NCBI GenBank assembly: GCA_040285825.1
Contig: JAUPSS010000003.1
Coordinates: 1,116,001-1,180,000, forward strand
Source of the DNA: Eukaryota sp. TZLM1-RC
Taxonomy: Eukaryota > Protista > Metamonada: BaSk clade
Length of the DNA stretch: 64,000 bases
Direction: 5' to 3'
Both the position numbers and the translations under genes were made by a program. The notes under the pieces are model-generated. The model was not told the DNA's origin and searched no databases. It was given only the letters and a program-made list of their open reading frames with translations. Shown piece after piece: positions 23,840 to 35,626 of this stretch (positions within the stretch are counted from its first letter, which is position 1; each line of letters begins with the position of its first letter).

Positions 23840-25609
23840 ATGAACACATACCTGCTCACTTCATCAGTTCTTTGAGCAGCCAGTGTGTGATTATAATGAT
23901 GGACAGCTGACCAGAGTTTTTGCTGTGCGCTTCCCTGAAGACAGTCATTTCCTGAATCAGCATCAATTTTGGATTCAGTGTCTTGACTTTGTGGCGGTCT
24001 TTGAGCCCAGAGTTAGACATCCATTCAACAGACTTGGCAAAGGTCATGAGTGTGAGAAGCTCGAGCGAATCTCTACATCATGGCCGCTTGCTACTTTGTT
24101 CTTATTCAAGAACAGGTCGTAAACATGCGCTACCCACTAGTAGGCCTCTCCAACAACTGGTGGATGCAAAGTGCCGCCAGCCGACAGCTCGTTGCTGATG
24201 GTCTTGTGTCTTGGAAGTTCAACTTCTTCCGCTCGTATGCAATTGGACATAACTGCCCTGCATCAGCCACTTATACTGGTTCTGTACTTCACAACAACAC
24301 GAACTTTCGGGAACCTCTTCTTTCTTGGTTCAACACACAACATAAATTGGCTGTCACTCTATTTAACTTCTTGGTTGGTGATCCGCAATGGTACAACACT
24401 CTTCATCCTTCCCGAAGAGTGACTCTTAATCAAAGGAATAATACCTACACCTTTCGTTGCGGATTAACAATCCAAAACCACCTCGAGCAAGCCTTTCCGC
24501 ATACATTCAGACAACAGAAACTCAGCCCTCTCGCTAGTTTGAAGCCTGCTTTTGTTCCCTTTTCCACATAGGTTGTCAACCATTTTATCTCCAAAAACAC
24601 ACCACGAACAATTTTGAAAAACCCTTATATATATTTTAGAACAAAAGCTAATGACTACACCATGTCTTCTAATGGTAATGGTGTCCGTATAACTGTCACA
24701 AACCACCCAAAAGCAACACAAGTGACATTGTCTGGAGAAGCCCTGGCAGAAAAGAAATCCAGAGGGGAACTTGATTATTACGAAACCACTCGGAATAGAA
24801 AACATACCTTGCAAGCCAAGGTTGAACGGCCAAGACCTCGCCAGAAACCAAAAGCTACTGAGTGGCAGGTACCTGATGACGAAACGGAAATGGTGTTCTG
24901 GGCCATCGACCCCAACCACTCAAATCTATGTGGTTCCAGCATTGGAACACGTTCAGGGCCGACCGTTTCCAATATCTTCTTGGTACCAAAGCAACGAAAA
25001 ATCAATCACTCCGCTTCACTGACGCACTCATCAATAGATGTTTATGACATGCAGAAATTGAACCATTATCTGCTTGAAATATCAACTATCGGTGACTATA
25101 AGGACTATGAAGGTAATAACGTAAGACGATCATTGCTGTAGCAGCAATTATATCTGAGTGCTCGAAAAGCATTGAGGAGAAACACATTTGACTTCTTTAT
25201 AAGAAAACAGAAAAAATTCAGCTCAATTATCAACAAAGCGAAAAAATTTGCAGACGGTCGAGAAGTAAAGGCGTGGTTTGGCAATGGAAGTGGTGGTACA
25301 TCACGTCAAAAAGTGAAAACACCACGTAAGGCGTTTCTCAAGTTGTTACAATGTTCATTTGCTAATGTCAAGATGGGAGATGAATACAAGACATCTGCAA
25401 AGGTGAACTGCTGCAAGATGCTACACCAAAAGATCTATCAAGAAGTGGATGGTGAAGTTAAAGTTCACAACGACTGTTTCAGTTGTCCGGAATGTAATCA
25501 AGTTTGGTCTAGAGACATTTCTACACCACTAAATCAGCTAGAAATTGCAAATAGTGAACACTAGTATGGAACAAGACCAGAAGCGTTCCAGAGACCACAA
25601 AGAAACTAG
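23840..25609 (+). pseudogene. Fanzor pseudogene, copy 1
   Basis: WAIDPN (RuvC-I), WFGNG, GDEYKTS..CC (RuvC-II), CPEC..WSRDIS (RuvC-III), RPEAFQR; one frame 24080-25609 broken by TAGs at 24569, 25139, 25562. Confidence 0.88.
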
Positions 25610-25760
25610 CTTCAAAGCTACGTATTGTTCTAGAGGAGAAATGGGGTCACTGAGATTGGTGGCCAATTATTCGAGGATTCTGGAACGTCTGTGGACGATC
25701 TCACCAAGGATGAAAGTTCTTGGAATAAGTTTGAAGAAAGTATGCATTTCAAATGAAAAC
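25610..25760 (+). ncRNA. putative omega-RNA scaffold / element right end
   Basis: CTTCAAA/TTTGAAG closing stem, GGTCACT/GGTGGCC, CGTC-TGTG-GACG, CCAAGGAT-GAAA-GTTCTTGG; similarity to copy 2 ends at ..AAATGAAAAC (25760). Confidence 0.7.
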
Positions 25761-25811
25761 CTGACCGCGGACGTCAAAACATTTTCCCTCATATAATACA
25801 ACTGTTCAACA

Positions 25812-26531
25812 ATGAAACTATCACTGGTTGCCATTTGTTGCGTATTTGCTGTAGCCTATTGTTCTTCCTGTTCCTTTGAAACTGATAAGGGATACTATGA
25901 CCTGTCTTCCCTCAACGAGTATGTCCTCTCATTATGTTTTTACATCAGCAATGAACTTAGATGGGAAAAACCATTCACGGATACAGTGTGGTACTATCGC
26001 CCTTGCTCTCCCACAAAGATGAAGTGTGGAGCTTACAAAAATGCTGCACTCTGTGAAAAGGACGACAACGGAAACTTTCACAGCGGCGGCACCTTTGACT
26101 CACGCAAGGAATCATCTCTCGACTCCGACAAGGATGGTCTTGAGATTTCTTATCGTCACGGTGATGTTGGTTGCGGTGGTATTGCCAGAAGCTCAACTGT
26201 TCGTTGTATCTGTGATGCTTCCCAAGAAGGTGTTCTAGAAGATGTTGAAGAAATTGCTGACTGTACCTATCTGTTCAATGTTGTTTCAAAGGCTTGCTGT
26301 GCTGTCCCCAAACCTGTAGGATCTGGTAAAACCATCTTCATCGTAATTATTGTGGTCCTTATCATCTATTTCCTTGGGGGTTTCCTTTTCATGACCTTTG
26401 TTAAGAAGGAAAGCGGTGTCAATGCCATTCCCAATGCTGCCTTCTGGGGTGCTGTTGGAGCAGGTATTTCTAAAATGTTCACCTTCATAGCCTCCAAAAC
26501 TTTCAGAAGAAGTCAATATACCCAAGTTTAA
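25812..26531 (+). CDS. cation-dependent mannose-6-phosphate receptor/ATG27-like type I membrane protein; probable 30-nt intron 25919-25948
   Basis: Signal peptide, YDLSSL, YYRPC, C..R.S...C.C, CTYLF..SKACC, TM, G..AIPN..FW, YTQV sorting motif. Confidence 0.85.
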   Translation: MKLSLVAICCVFAVAYCSSCSFETDKGYYDLSSLNEYVLSLCFYISNELRWEKPFTDTVWYYRPCSPTKMKCGAYKNAALCEKDDNGNFHSGGTFDSRKESSLDSDKDGLEISYRHGDVGCGGIARSSTVRCICDASQEGVLEDVEEIADCTYLFNVVSKACCAVPKPVGSGKTIFIVIIVVLIIYFLGGFLFMTFVKKESGVNAIPNAAFWGAVGAGISKMFTFIASKTFRRSQYTQV

Positions 26532-26814
26532 GTTTTCTGTAGTACATTTATCAAATTATTTGTTTATAAAATATTGTTATTGAATTGAATTCTACACTCT
26601 GACATCAGCAATGTTATGAAAATTACAGAAATGGTTAGAGTTTTTGTGAATCATGCTGATGATCGCAATAGATACAAACTAAAAGTGATCTAGTTCAGAG
26701 TTATTTGTATTGAATCTAGATCCTGTATATGTATATACGGGCAAATGCCCCTACGCGATCAATTCTTGTGGGGAATAATAACAAACACTTTCTTCTACAC
26801 AAATTATTTCTACA

Positions 26815-27090
26815 TGATACTGCCGTATCTCCGGAAAAAAGATGTTCCAAATCTGACATTCAACATTTACTCAAAGTTGCAGAGTTTTCCAAAAAACAAA
26901 ATACGAAGCCCTTCTACAACGTTTCCATGGAGCAAGAGGCAGAAACATCAAATTTGTCCCAATGACTATTCCAATTTTTGGTACCATTGCAAGTAAAGGT
27001 TTCAACTTTTTAGAATCTTTAGGAAAACTTCTCACAGAAAGTGGCGGTACATTCAATTTTTTGATTTGAAAGAACAGAATTGTATTTTCG
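26815..27090 (+). mobile_element. non-LTR RLE C-terminal fragment (family E)
   Basis: VSP..LLKVAEFSKK/TKY..FVPMTIPIFG; related to 42960-43090. Confidence 0.7.
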
Positions 27091-27099
27091 TTATTGAAG

Positions 27100-27270
27100 G
27101 CCCTTCCTCGTTATGTTAACTCCATTTTGAATAACATGACGGAGTTTTATAACAAAACGAGTTGCTATACAAGTGAATAGCGAAAACATCCCGTCATTTA
27201 GTTGATGGGGTTTGAGTAGGTAAAAACATTGGTTAAGGTTTTTGGTTGAGTTTAAAATGTGTCTGTTGCA
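27100..27270 (-). ncRNA. putative omega-RNA region of degenerate Fanzor
   Basis: Stem 27136-27148/27183-27197 enclosing GCTAT/ATAGC hairpin, downstream of Fanzor C-terminus. Confidence 0.45.
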
Positions 27271-28250
27271 GGTTTTTTTTCTACACAGATATCGAGGCCT
27301 TTCATTGCCATTCGATCTTTCCTCAGCAATTATCAACATATTTAAACAAGCCAGCTTATTTCTATTGAAAGGTTTTGTTGAGCCATTGTTACTGTGGTTT
27401 AATTCTCACTATTGCAAGCTAATAAGCCCAGGTATTTTGCAACGACAGTCATTTTTACCTAATAGAAACCGGGATTCGATACCCTCAAAAACTGTATCAA
27501 GAATTTTCAAAACGAACCAGACATTTGACTGAAGTGAAAGCTTCATTAATCATTAATCATCAATCCGTCAAATCCATTTCTTTTCAGAATTTGAATCCAT
27601 CCAATTCGTCGAGTGGCTCTATGACGTTTTAAATTCTTAGAACCGTTTGTACCATAATCACCCATTAGTATTAATATATCTTTTGAGTTGCCAAACTGCT
27701 GAACAATATTTTTTAACAACCAACTTTCAGTCTTTTGCTTGTGAATAAAATCTTGCATTTTATGAATGCTCCACAAGTCAAGATCGTAAAGATCGATTGT
27801 TAAAAACTTGTCGAAGTTTACCAACCACAAAGTGAACAAAATCTATAAAAGTTACTGAATTTGCGGAAAACAAGGATAATTCAGTGTTTGCATTTTTAAC
27901 TGTCCGTTAGACTCTACTATTTGGCTTCTGTCGTGTTCTGCCTCAGTATACTTCGTCGCCCATCGTTTTTGGTTTCATTAATCCATGTTTTCAAAGACCA
28001 GGACATCTGAGTATTCTCAACCATTTTAATTTCTTGTCTTGATTCATCACCCAACTATTTCTATGCTGTTCAGTTTCATGTTCAGGAACCATGGCTAATT
28101 TTTGATCCGTTTTTTTACCCCCAAAATACAATAAATGGGACAATAAATTACGGTTTCCTTGATCACAAACAACAATTCGTTTATCTTGAGAAGTATCAAC
28201 ATCAACATCATCATACTGGCCTTGTTGTTTTCTGACCTTCTTAAATTTTA
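27270..28250 (-). pseudogene. degenerate Fanzor
   Basis: IVVCDQGNRNLL (RuvC-I), LMGDYG, GWIQILKRNGF, FNRNKLACLNMLIIA..ERPRYLCR; many stops and frameshifts. Confidence 0.82.
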
Positions 28251-28415
28251 CTAAATGTCCCAAATTGCCTCTATTTAAAGGACATTGAATCGCTTTTGAA
28301 CATACGTTTTCGTTGTTTTTACGGTCAAACAATTTGCCTAATTAGTTAACCTGCAAATGTGGAAAACCCACACCACTTTTCAGCACCAATTTCTGATTTC
28401 TTTTGGTGTTGTTGC

Positions 28416-29042
28416 ATGTTTGTATCTCTTTGCCTCCAAGGAACAACATGTTCATTATACTTATATCTTAAACCACACAGAGGTTCTTCTTCTGATTTAC
28501 CTGTTGGACGCACTCTCTTTATTTCAAACTTTAGTCCTCTTTCTACCTCACAGCTGCGAAGTCTCTTTGCTACATTTGGATCCATTGAAGCTCTTCATCA
28601 CACCTCCGACAACCAAGTACACTTGGTATTTAATGAAAGAAGCTCCCTTAGTGCAGCCCTCTCATCATCTTCTACGACATTCCCACCTGTTACTGCTCCT
28701 ACTACTAAGAACATAGGTGATTGGCTATCTAACTATTCCACCTCGTTTTCTTCTGCATCTGCTCTACAAACTGAAATTAATGAGTTCATCACCTCGGTTG
28801 AAACAGACACGAATGCTGTTGCTGATACTACCGATGACGGCTTCAGACCAGTTACATCAGGAAGAAAAGCTCCCCAAGACCAACCCAAAAAGAAGAAGAA
28901 GCGTGAAGTTGGTGAAGGCTTTTACTCTTTTAATAAAATGACTAAGAGAAGGAGTGAATTGGCTGATTTACGAAAAGCTTTTGAACAAGACAAGCAAAAG
29001 ATTCAGATGATGCGACAATCAAGGAGGTTTCGTCCTTGTTGA
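28416..29042 (+). CDS. RRP7: ribosomal RNA-processing protein 7
   Basis: RTLFISN RRM-like start, DDGF..V, FYSF..RRSELADLRKAFEQDKQKIQMMRQSRRFRP. Confidence 0.9.
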   Translation: MFVSLCLQGTTCSLYLYLKPHRGSSSDLPVGRTLFISNFSPLSTSQLRSLFATFGSIEALHHTSDNQVHLVFNERSSLSAALSSSSTTFPPVTAPTTKNIGDWLSNYSTSFSSASALQTEINEFITSVETDTNAVADTTDDGFRPVTSGRKAPQDQPKKKKKREVGEGFYSFNKMTKRRSELADLRKAFEQDKQKIQMMRQSRRFRPC

Positions 29043-29211
29043 TGTTGAATTCCATTTGTATGAATTGGTTAGTTTTTCATGGTAAAGGGTAACAGAAGTA
29101 AAGAAAGGTGGTTGTGATCCTGAGATGTTTATTAAATTTCAGAGCAGAAGGCTCGCTTATGGATACACTAGAGAGAACAAATTATCTAAATAAATAAAAT
29201 TAAATAAATTA

Positions 29212-30473
29212 CTATGAAACATTAAATTTAAAATCATCGTCTTCATCACTGGAAAGATCAGCTTCAAATGTGGTTCCACACTCGCCAAAAGCAGGCTGTC
29301 TGCATATCAATTGAGTTCTTGAATCAAACAGCTTTTCCTGTTGTTTCCCTTTCATTACATCAATAGCTCTTTTTAACTCAACCTTGGTTATAAGAAGAAC
29401 ATCTGCAATAACCGCCCTAGCTGCATTGTTGGTCTGGTCTAGTGGATCTATTATGATGGCAGAGGGCTTGAATTTGGATGTTTTTGATAGTTTTTTATAA
29501 GCTTTTTGATATCGAATGTTGTTTGGATTTAAAATTGAAATGGCGTGGGTTGAAAACTCAAAGTCCATGTAGTAAGAAAAAAACCCAAATAAAAGGGTTG
29601 AAATATTGTGAGCTTCACAACCATCGACAACTTTGGTTGGTTTAAACTTTCTACAAGCCTCCTTCAATGCTCCACCACATACAGAACGAGTGAGGTTACT
29701 AACGTCGACCAGCTCTGACACTGGGGGCAACAAGGGGGGAACACAATCCATAAGGTAACGAATGGACATCAGAACCAAACAGAATGAGCTCCAACCACCA
29801 TTCGCTGCTTCATTTAAACCTCTGCACTTGGCCCAGTGCTTGACAATACGACATAGTTGGACTGCAAGAGGAGATATAGATAGATATTGTTTAAAGAACA
29901 TTGAAGCATTGAGTCCTGAGGTGCTGCCTGGGATGAAATTCCATTATGAAAAAAAATACCGATAGAAAGATCAAAGTTTATTTGCGATCTTGCGTCTTTA
30001 AACTTCAAAATAGGACAATATTTGGAAGGAATCTGAGGTGATTAATAACAATAAACTTAACACACCAATTGAATATCTTCGAAACGATGTCTTATTGAGT
30101 TGACAAGTCTATGAAGAACTGATAGTGGAGTTTTGGACAGTGATTTGGAGACAATGGTAAGATCAATGTCAGATTCAGATGTATAAAGAAGATCAGTAGC
30201 AAATGAGCCATAAGGTACTACAGAAGAAGTCTTCGGTAATGACTGTGCAACTTGAGATTTGACAGACTTGATGATTTTCCTGGTTTTAGAAAGTTGTGTT
30301 TTGTCTACTTGCAGCATTTTGAGAGTATCGGAGATACAATCGTCAAGATAAAAAGAACAGCTAAAAGCAGCAGATATCACTTCATTGTTCAACCTGAAAG
30401 AGCAGAGACAATCAGTAGCAGGGCGTTTGAGAGGAGGAGATGAGTCATGAAGACAAAAACGTTTCTGACCCAT
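29212..30473 (-). CDS. non-canonical poly(A) polymerase / terminal nucleotidyltransferase (Cid1/Trf4 family), introns 30033-30065 and 29928-29959
   Basis: YGSFAT..SDIDL, CPILKF..FDLSI, VKHWAK.RGL..GGWSSF, IIDP..NAARAV; splicing joins three track ORFs in frame. Confidence 0.9.
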
Positions 30474-30479
30474 CTAATT

Positions 30480-31050
30480 CAGAAAGAGGGAGGATATATT
30501 GTTTCTCAACTTTCGCAATCGCTACTAGCGATAACGTATTGACATCAGGTTGTTGAATCAGACTCATAGGTATACCATCACCTCCAGAACCCTGTCCAAC
30601 TTCTTTCAGGCTTGCATCAGTGGGTTCAATTACATTGGTTTGAGACTGTTGTCTCCTGAACACCTCTGATCTCTCTCTTCCATCCACAATGTCTTCAGCC
30701 AACATCAGAATAGTTAGAACAGAATTAGTATCTCGATTCCAGAACGTTTTGGATTGATTTACTGCCTCAAACCCCATGGAACTACTTGTCGAACTTTATA
30801 GCTGCCCAATTCATCCTTTTCCAAGAGCCTTTGAAATTCATTTTCTTATTCTCTTGTTGGTTACACTTTCTAATGCTTTTGCTAGACGTCTTAGTTCATT
30901 CTTACTCATTTCTATGACTAGGTCTTCTCTTGATTTCATTGCTTCCTCTAATTTCTCCTTTGTTTCTGCTTTCTTTTTTTGCATTATTTGAAACTATATG
31001 CAACTTCCAATTCTTCTTTCTTACTTAAATCTTTTGTCCAATTGAGTTCA
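30480..31050 (-). pseudogene. Fanzor C-terminal relic plus probable omega-RNA region
   Basis: PWGLRQ then FWNRDTNSVLTILMLA..GRERSEVFRR; downstream stems GAACCC/GGGTTC and ATCGCT-AGT-AGCGAT. Confidence 0.7.
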
Positions 31051-31248
31051 ATTTTTTTGTAAAATTTGGATTATCTTATTTAAGGAAGTTACATAGATGA
31101 ATACAATATATATAATGATAACAGCAATAGTGTTCACTCAATTACTATTGTTGTGATAATAATAAACTTTTGTTTGTATTTAAAAGAAGAAAACACAATT
31201 TGCGTTATTGAGTTGCCGAAATACAATTAAAAAACAAAACTAATCACA

Positions 31249-32185
31249 TTAAACGGGAGGCTTATCTGAATGTGTTTCAGATTCAGTGTACATTGATGGA
31301 GCATTGGGTTCTTCTCTACTACCATGAAACAAAGGGGTATCAACACCTTTAACAAAATTTGTTCTTTTGCACCCCACAAAACATACAATAGAAAAGAACA
31401 TCGCTGTTAAAATGAAGAGAATTGAAGAAATTTTGAACAAAGAGGTAGTCCAATTAGAGGGATGGTAGGTTTTAGAAAAATTAATTTCTCTCAATGAATC
31501 GCCTATTCCTTTTAATATAACAACTTGATCCGAGTCGCGTTCCAAATCAATCTTGCAGTCATTATCATCAATCAAATCACATTCCTTTTGACATTCAGGG
31601 GCGTCCAAATTGTAAGTTTTGAGAGAGATGTCAACATTAACTCTACCCTCAGCACCTTTACCGTGGTCCTTGTCTTCGAAAACAAAATATAATCCTCCAG
31701 ATTCTTCAACATTGTGCTTAGCATGGAAGGATTTCGAATCAAGACGGTAAGTAAGATAATCAAAATGACACTTGTTGAGATAGTTGTCCAATTCGGATTT
31801 GCCAAAAAGTAGATGGAAGTCCAAATTGTTATTAAAGTCATAATCAAAGCTAAAAACTATGGTTATTGAAGTAATTAAAGGACATACAGGAGAGTCTATT
31901 TAAATAAATACTAAAGTACTCATAATTAAAGTCATCAATATGGAGATAGGGTGAGAAGCTGAAAGGGGTGAATTCTTTAAATTGGGGTGGTTCGAACTTG
32001 CATTTGTAAACAATGCCCTTGTTAGAATCACCATCAAATTTGATCGACTCGACCTGATCCTGTTCAGCATCGGCAAGTAGTATGGTTGACTTGGGAACTA
32101 CTATGACAGATTGATAGGTTTCACCACCAGAACCAGCAACAAGAGAGACGATAATGAGGATGGTAAAGACCAAAAGCATGGACAT
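31249..32185 (-). CDS. type I membrane protein, 31-nt intron 31857-31887
   Basis: Signal peptide MSMLLVF.., intron joins ORFs 31850-32281 and 31249-31824 in frame, C-terminal TM. Confidence 0.8.
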
Positions 32186-32739
32186 TGAAGAGAGATAGGT
32201 GGTGGGAGACCAGTACCAAACAGGTTTATCACCAAACCAACGCCTTCTGTAGGGACGGAGACGAGTAACGAATGATGTCATGGCCTAAAACCAATGATAA
32301 AAGAAAATAATAATAAATGTACTACAGTAATAGAAGGAATTTCTCTAAAAAAATAAGAACGGAAATCCATAAATGAAATGGGTCTCACTTTGTCAAGTCT
32401 CATCAGATCTAAATATGTTGAAGTCCTAGACAACTAATCCATATGAAAAAAATGCCGAAATAACAATGAATTTATGTACAATAGTAATACTAAAGTTGTG
32501 ATATTTCTTCATTGACCAAGATCCCAAAAAACAGAAGTACCAATAAAATAAAATGAGTTGGAAAAAAGTAGCAAAAGAAACACCCCTAAGCGAGACTAAG
32601 AAGTTCTAACTACATCATCCAACAATGACAAATAAGGAATGTATCAGCGTGGGACAGTCAAACAAAAAAAAGAAATCTGGAAAAGTGGAAAAAAACCAAG
32701 TGAATAATGTCAAATACCAATGAAAAATAATAAAATTAA

Positions 32740-33063
32740 TTACTCAAATACACCCCAAGTAGAGTAATCTTCCACTTCTGATACTGTTTGGACAGCCTTG
32801 GGCTCATTTTGAGAATTAAGATTACATTGAATAGGTTGCGAAACTGTATCCTGGCGTAATGTTTGAACAGATAGAGAACGAGTAGAAACAACTGATGGTG
32901 CATTTTGGCTTTGCATACTTCCTGGAGAATTGGAAAAGGAGCGTGTGGGTTTGAGAGCCATATCAAGAGGCTCAATAGAAGTGTTAGGCTCTACGCTGGA
33001 GACGAAGGACACAAACTCGTCGTATGCTGCTTGTATTGCAGGGCTTTGGTCGAAATTGGACAT
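32740..33063 (-). CDS. small hypothetical protein
   Basis: 107-aa ATG ORF divergent from VPS23. Confidence 0.5.
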   Translation of the reverse strand: MSNFDQSPAIQAAYDEFVSFVSSVEPNTSIEPLDMALKPTRSFSNSPGSMQSQNAPSVVSTRSLSVQTLRQDTVSQPIQCNLNSQNEPKAVQTVSEVEDYSTWGVFE

Positions 33064-33193
33064 CGGCTAACAGCACAAAAATGTCAAATATTACTATTGT
33101 AGAAGTGGGATTACTGAAGGATGTGAAGGAAATAACTGATTTAATTTGCTTAATTTGCATAGAAGAAACAATTTGTTCATTTGTTCAACATCA

Positions 33194-34276
33194 ATGCTCT
33201 TTTCGAATCCTGTCGATGTTGCACTGCAGGGCATTACTTCCTTCACCAATCCAGCAGTTGCTCATTCGCATATTAAATCATTATGCTCGTCGTTCCCGGC
33301 TCTTAAACCTGAACAGCGTAGATTTCCACGAAACGGAGGTTACGTTCTTGGAATACTGCTTACAGGCACGATACCCATGACTTATATGAACAAACGTTAC
33401 AACATTCCTGTTCACATAGTTCTTGACGGATATCCCAGTCAACGGCCCATAGTCTGTGTAACTCCTACCGCCAATATGGCCATTGCTCCCAACCATCCTT
33501 TCGTAGCTTCCAATGGTCGTTGTGACTCCCTCCACTATTTAGCATCATGGACTCCTGCTCGCTCCAACCTTGTCGACCTTGTCTCAGTCCTCTCCAGGGA
33601 GTTTGGCAACAGACCACCTGTTCACACCAAGAACGCCCAGCCAACAGCTTATCAACAACAACAACCTGTAGCACAGCCCCAAATGGCAACGAGTTACAAT
33701 CAACTCCCCAATCAACCCCCCAATCAGATTCCTCCTCAGACTTCCTTTGGTTACCCCCAATCAAACCCCTACCCTCCCCAACAACCTTCGCATGCGTCTC
33801 TTCTCTCCCAAGTACAGTCAAAGGTTAAGAAGGAGCTTTCATTTATTTATTCTGATGCCACCCAAGAACTGGCTACGCTTAAGCAAGATCAGCAGTCCCT
33901 CCAAAATACAAATCTTCAATTTAACGAATTTGAGGAGAAGTCTGGTCAGGAGAAGGCCAATTTGGAACAGAATATAAGAATTTTAGAAGAACAAGTTAAA
34001 AAGATGTCTGAAAAGCTTAATTCCCCTGAAGAAGATCAAAACAAGGTTGCTGCCTCTGAGAAGGTAACTCCAAAAGATCAATGGTCAAGGCAACTTTTGG
34101 AATCCAAAGCCGAGGTCAATGCTATTGAAAATGTTATCTTTTCTCTCACCACAGCTGTTGGTGACGAGGTCCTTTCTTTTGATGATTTTCAAAAACATAT
34201 TCGTGATCTGTGCAAAAAACAGTTTTATTCTATTGCATTAATAGAAAAGATCAAACATGAACGAAAACGATTATAG
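33194..34276 (+). CDS. VPS23: ESCRT-I subunit Vps23/TSG101
   Basis: UEV domain (GTIPMTY..YNIPV..YP..P..HPFV), Pro-rich linker, coiled coil, steadiness box. Confidence 0.93.
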   Translation: MLFSNPVDVALQGITSFTNPAVAHSHIKSLCSSFPALKPEQRRFPRNGGYVLGILLTGTIPMTYMNKRYNIPVHIVLDGYPSQRPIVCVTPTANMAIAPNHPFVASNGRCDSLHYLASWTPARSNLVDLVSVLSREFGNRPPVHTKNAQPTAYQQQQPVAQPQMATSYNQLPNQPPNQIPPQTSFGYPQSNPYPPQQPSHASLLSQVQSKVKKELSFIYSDATQELATLKQDQQSLQNTNLQFNEFEEKSGQEKANLEQNIRILEEQVKKMSEKLNSPEEDQNKVAASEKVTPKDQWSRQLLESKAEVNAIENVIFSLTTAVGDEVLSFDDFQKHIRDLCKKQFYSIALIEKIKHERKRL

Positions 34277-34335
34277 GTGTGGAATTTTGTAAATAAATCT
34301 TGGTTATTATTACATTTATTTATTTACACGTTTAT

Positions 34336-35409
34336 CTAAATTGCTCTCCCCACAACTCTATTCCAACGAACTCCACCAGGTGAATCAATAGCTGTTGATT
34401 TAACCTGATTGACTGATTGCGTATTTGATTGATCACTACTCTCTATTTGACCTTCAAGTTCAATAAATCTAACAGTTCCATCCCCAGTACCAACAATAAC
34501 CAAATCAACACCATTGGAATCAATAGTGTAAATAGGAGATCTGAAATAAAATGTAGATAAAATACCACCGGATTCTCTATCAATGATTCGAACAATATTG
34601 CTCCCCGAGCCCCCTGCAATGATCTTATTGCCATTATCAAGGAACTGGCAAGCATAGACAAGACAATTTTGATCATGTTCTTTATCAATTTCAAATGTTG
34701 AATCCAATTCACCGTTACTCTTCCATAATTGAACTTGCTCAGAATGCCTCCATGATCCAGTCAAGATCAACCCCGTCCTTTTGCACACACTCAACGCATC
34801 CCCACATACATGAGGTCCATAGAATGAACGAATAGCAGAACCTTGCCTAACATCCCAGGCAACAACTGTGTTATCCCAACCAGAAGATAGAATAGTGTGT
34901 GGATCAGATGGGGAAAAACAAACGGAAAAGACTCTGTTAGTGTGTCCAATAGTGGATCTACCAACACCTCTCTTCAAAATGGCAATCAGAGACTTGGTTT
35001 GTTCATCATATACCCTAATAGCAGTGTCCTTTCCAGCTGTGGCAAATGCTGTTCCATCTTGACGATATGCTATACAAAATATGTGGTTGTCTGGTTCATT
35101 GATGGAGTGGAGGAGTTGAGATGAGGTTGCGTGCCAATGGTGAACATGACCATCTGAATGACCAGATAGAAGAACGTTTGGTGTGGATGTGGAAGATGGT
35201 CTCCAGCGTATAGCAGTGACTGGGAGGCCTAAAGAGGAGCTTGTGGGGGGAACCAATGAATATAGTTGTGAACCATCAGAGAGACTAAGAATGGCTATTG
35301 TACCATCGCCAAGACCTACAGCAACAAGATTGGCTTCAGATGATATATGAATACTAAATACATCGGACTTGAGTTGAGTTGTACAACGGTCTGAGGTAGG
35401 AAGAGACAT
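34336..35409 (-). CDS. WD40-repeat protein
   Basis: ATAGKDTAIRVYD, GHTNRVFSV, SSGWDNTVVAWD. Confidence 0.92.
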   Translation of the reverse strand: MSLPTSDRCTTQLKSDVFSIHISSEANLVAVGLGDGTIAILSLSDGSQLYSLVPPTSSSLGLPVTAIRWRPSSTSTPNVLLSGHSDGHVHHWHATSSQLLHSINEPDNHIFCIAYRQDGTAFATAGKDTAIRVYDEQTKSLIAILKRGVGRSTIGHTNRVFSVCFSPSDPHTILSSGWDNTVVAWDVRQGSAIRSFYGPHVCGDALSVCKRTGLILTGSWRHSEQVQLWKSNGELDSTFEIDKEHDQNCLVYACQFLDNGNKIIAGGSGSNIVRIIDRESGGILSTFYFRSPIYTIDSNGVDLVIVGTGDGTVRFIELEGQIESSDQSNTQSVNQVKSTAIDSPGGVRWNRVVGRAI

Positions 35410-35626
35410 TGACACCTGTTGAAGTATATGGTGAGAATATTTGAGGAAGAACTGTGAATTTCTATCAAAACGCACTTCTGGCTTTTGACCAATTCATGCA
35501 ATCTTGATAGACGTTAAGCATACTTTAGATCCATCACTATATGATATCACGATCAAATGATAGTTTTAGTATTTGTTAGTGGAAATAAACATGTTGTATT
35601 CATAATGATTTGACATGTTAGAAAGT

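Larger units (their letters stand above)
18510..25760 (+). repeat. composite repeat copy 1 (gene fragments + Fanzor + omega-RNA), interrupted by non-LTR element A
   Basis: Parts recur inverted at 38344-39210 and 52328-54846. Confidence 0.8.

Noticed and set aside
24569-25564. In-frame TAGs in Fanzor as evidence of codon reassignment or small introns
   Set aside because: Host genes end in TAG (e.g. 7110, 7252); the sister copy has TAC at the third site; flanks do not fit the TnAYnnnAG acceptor consensus
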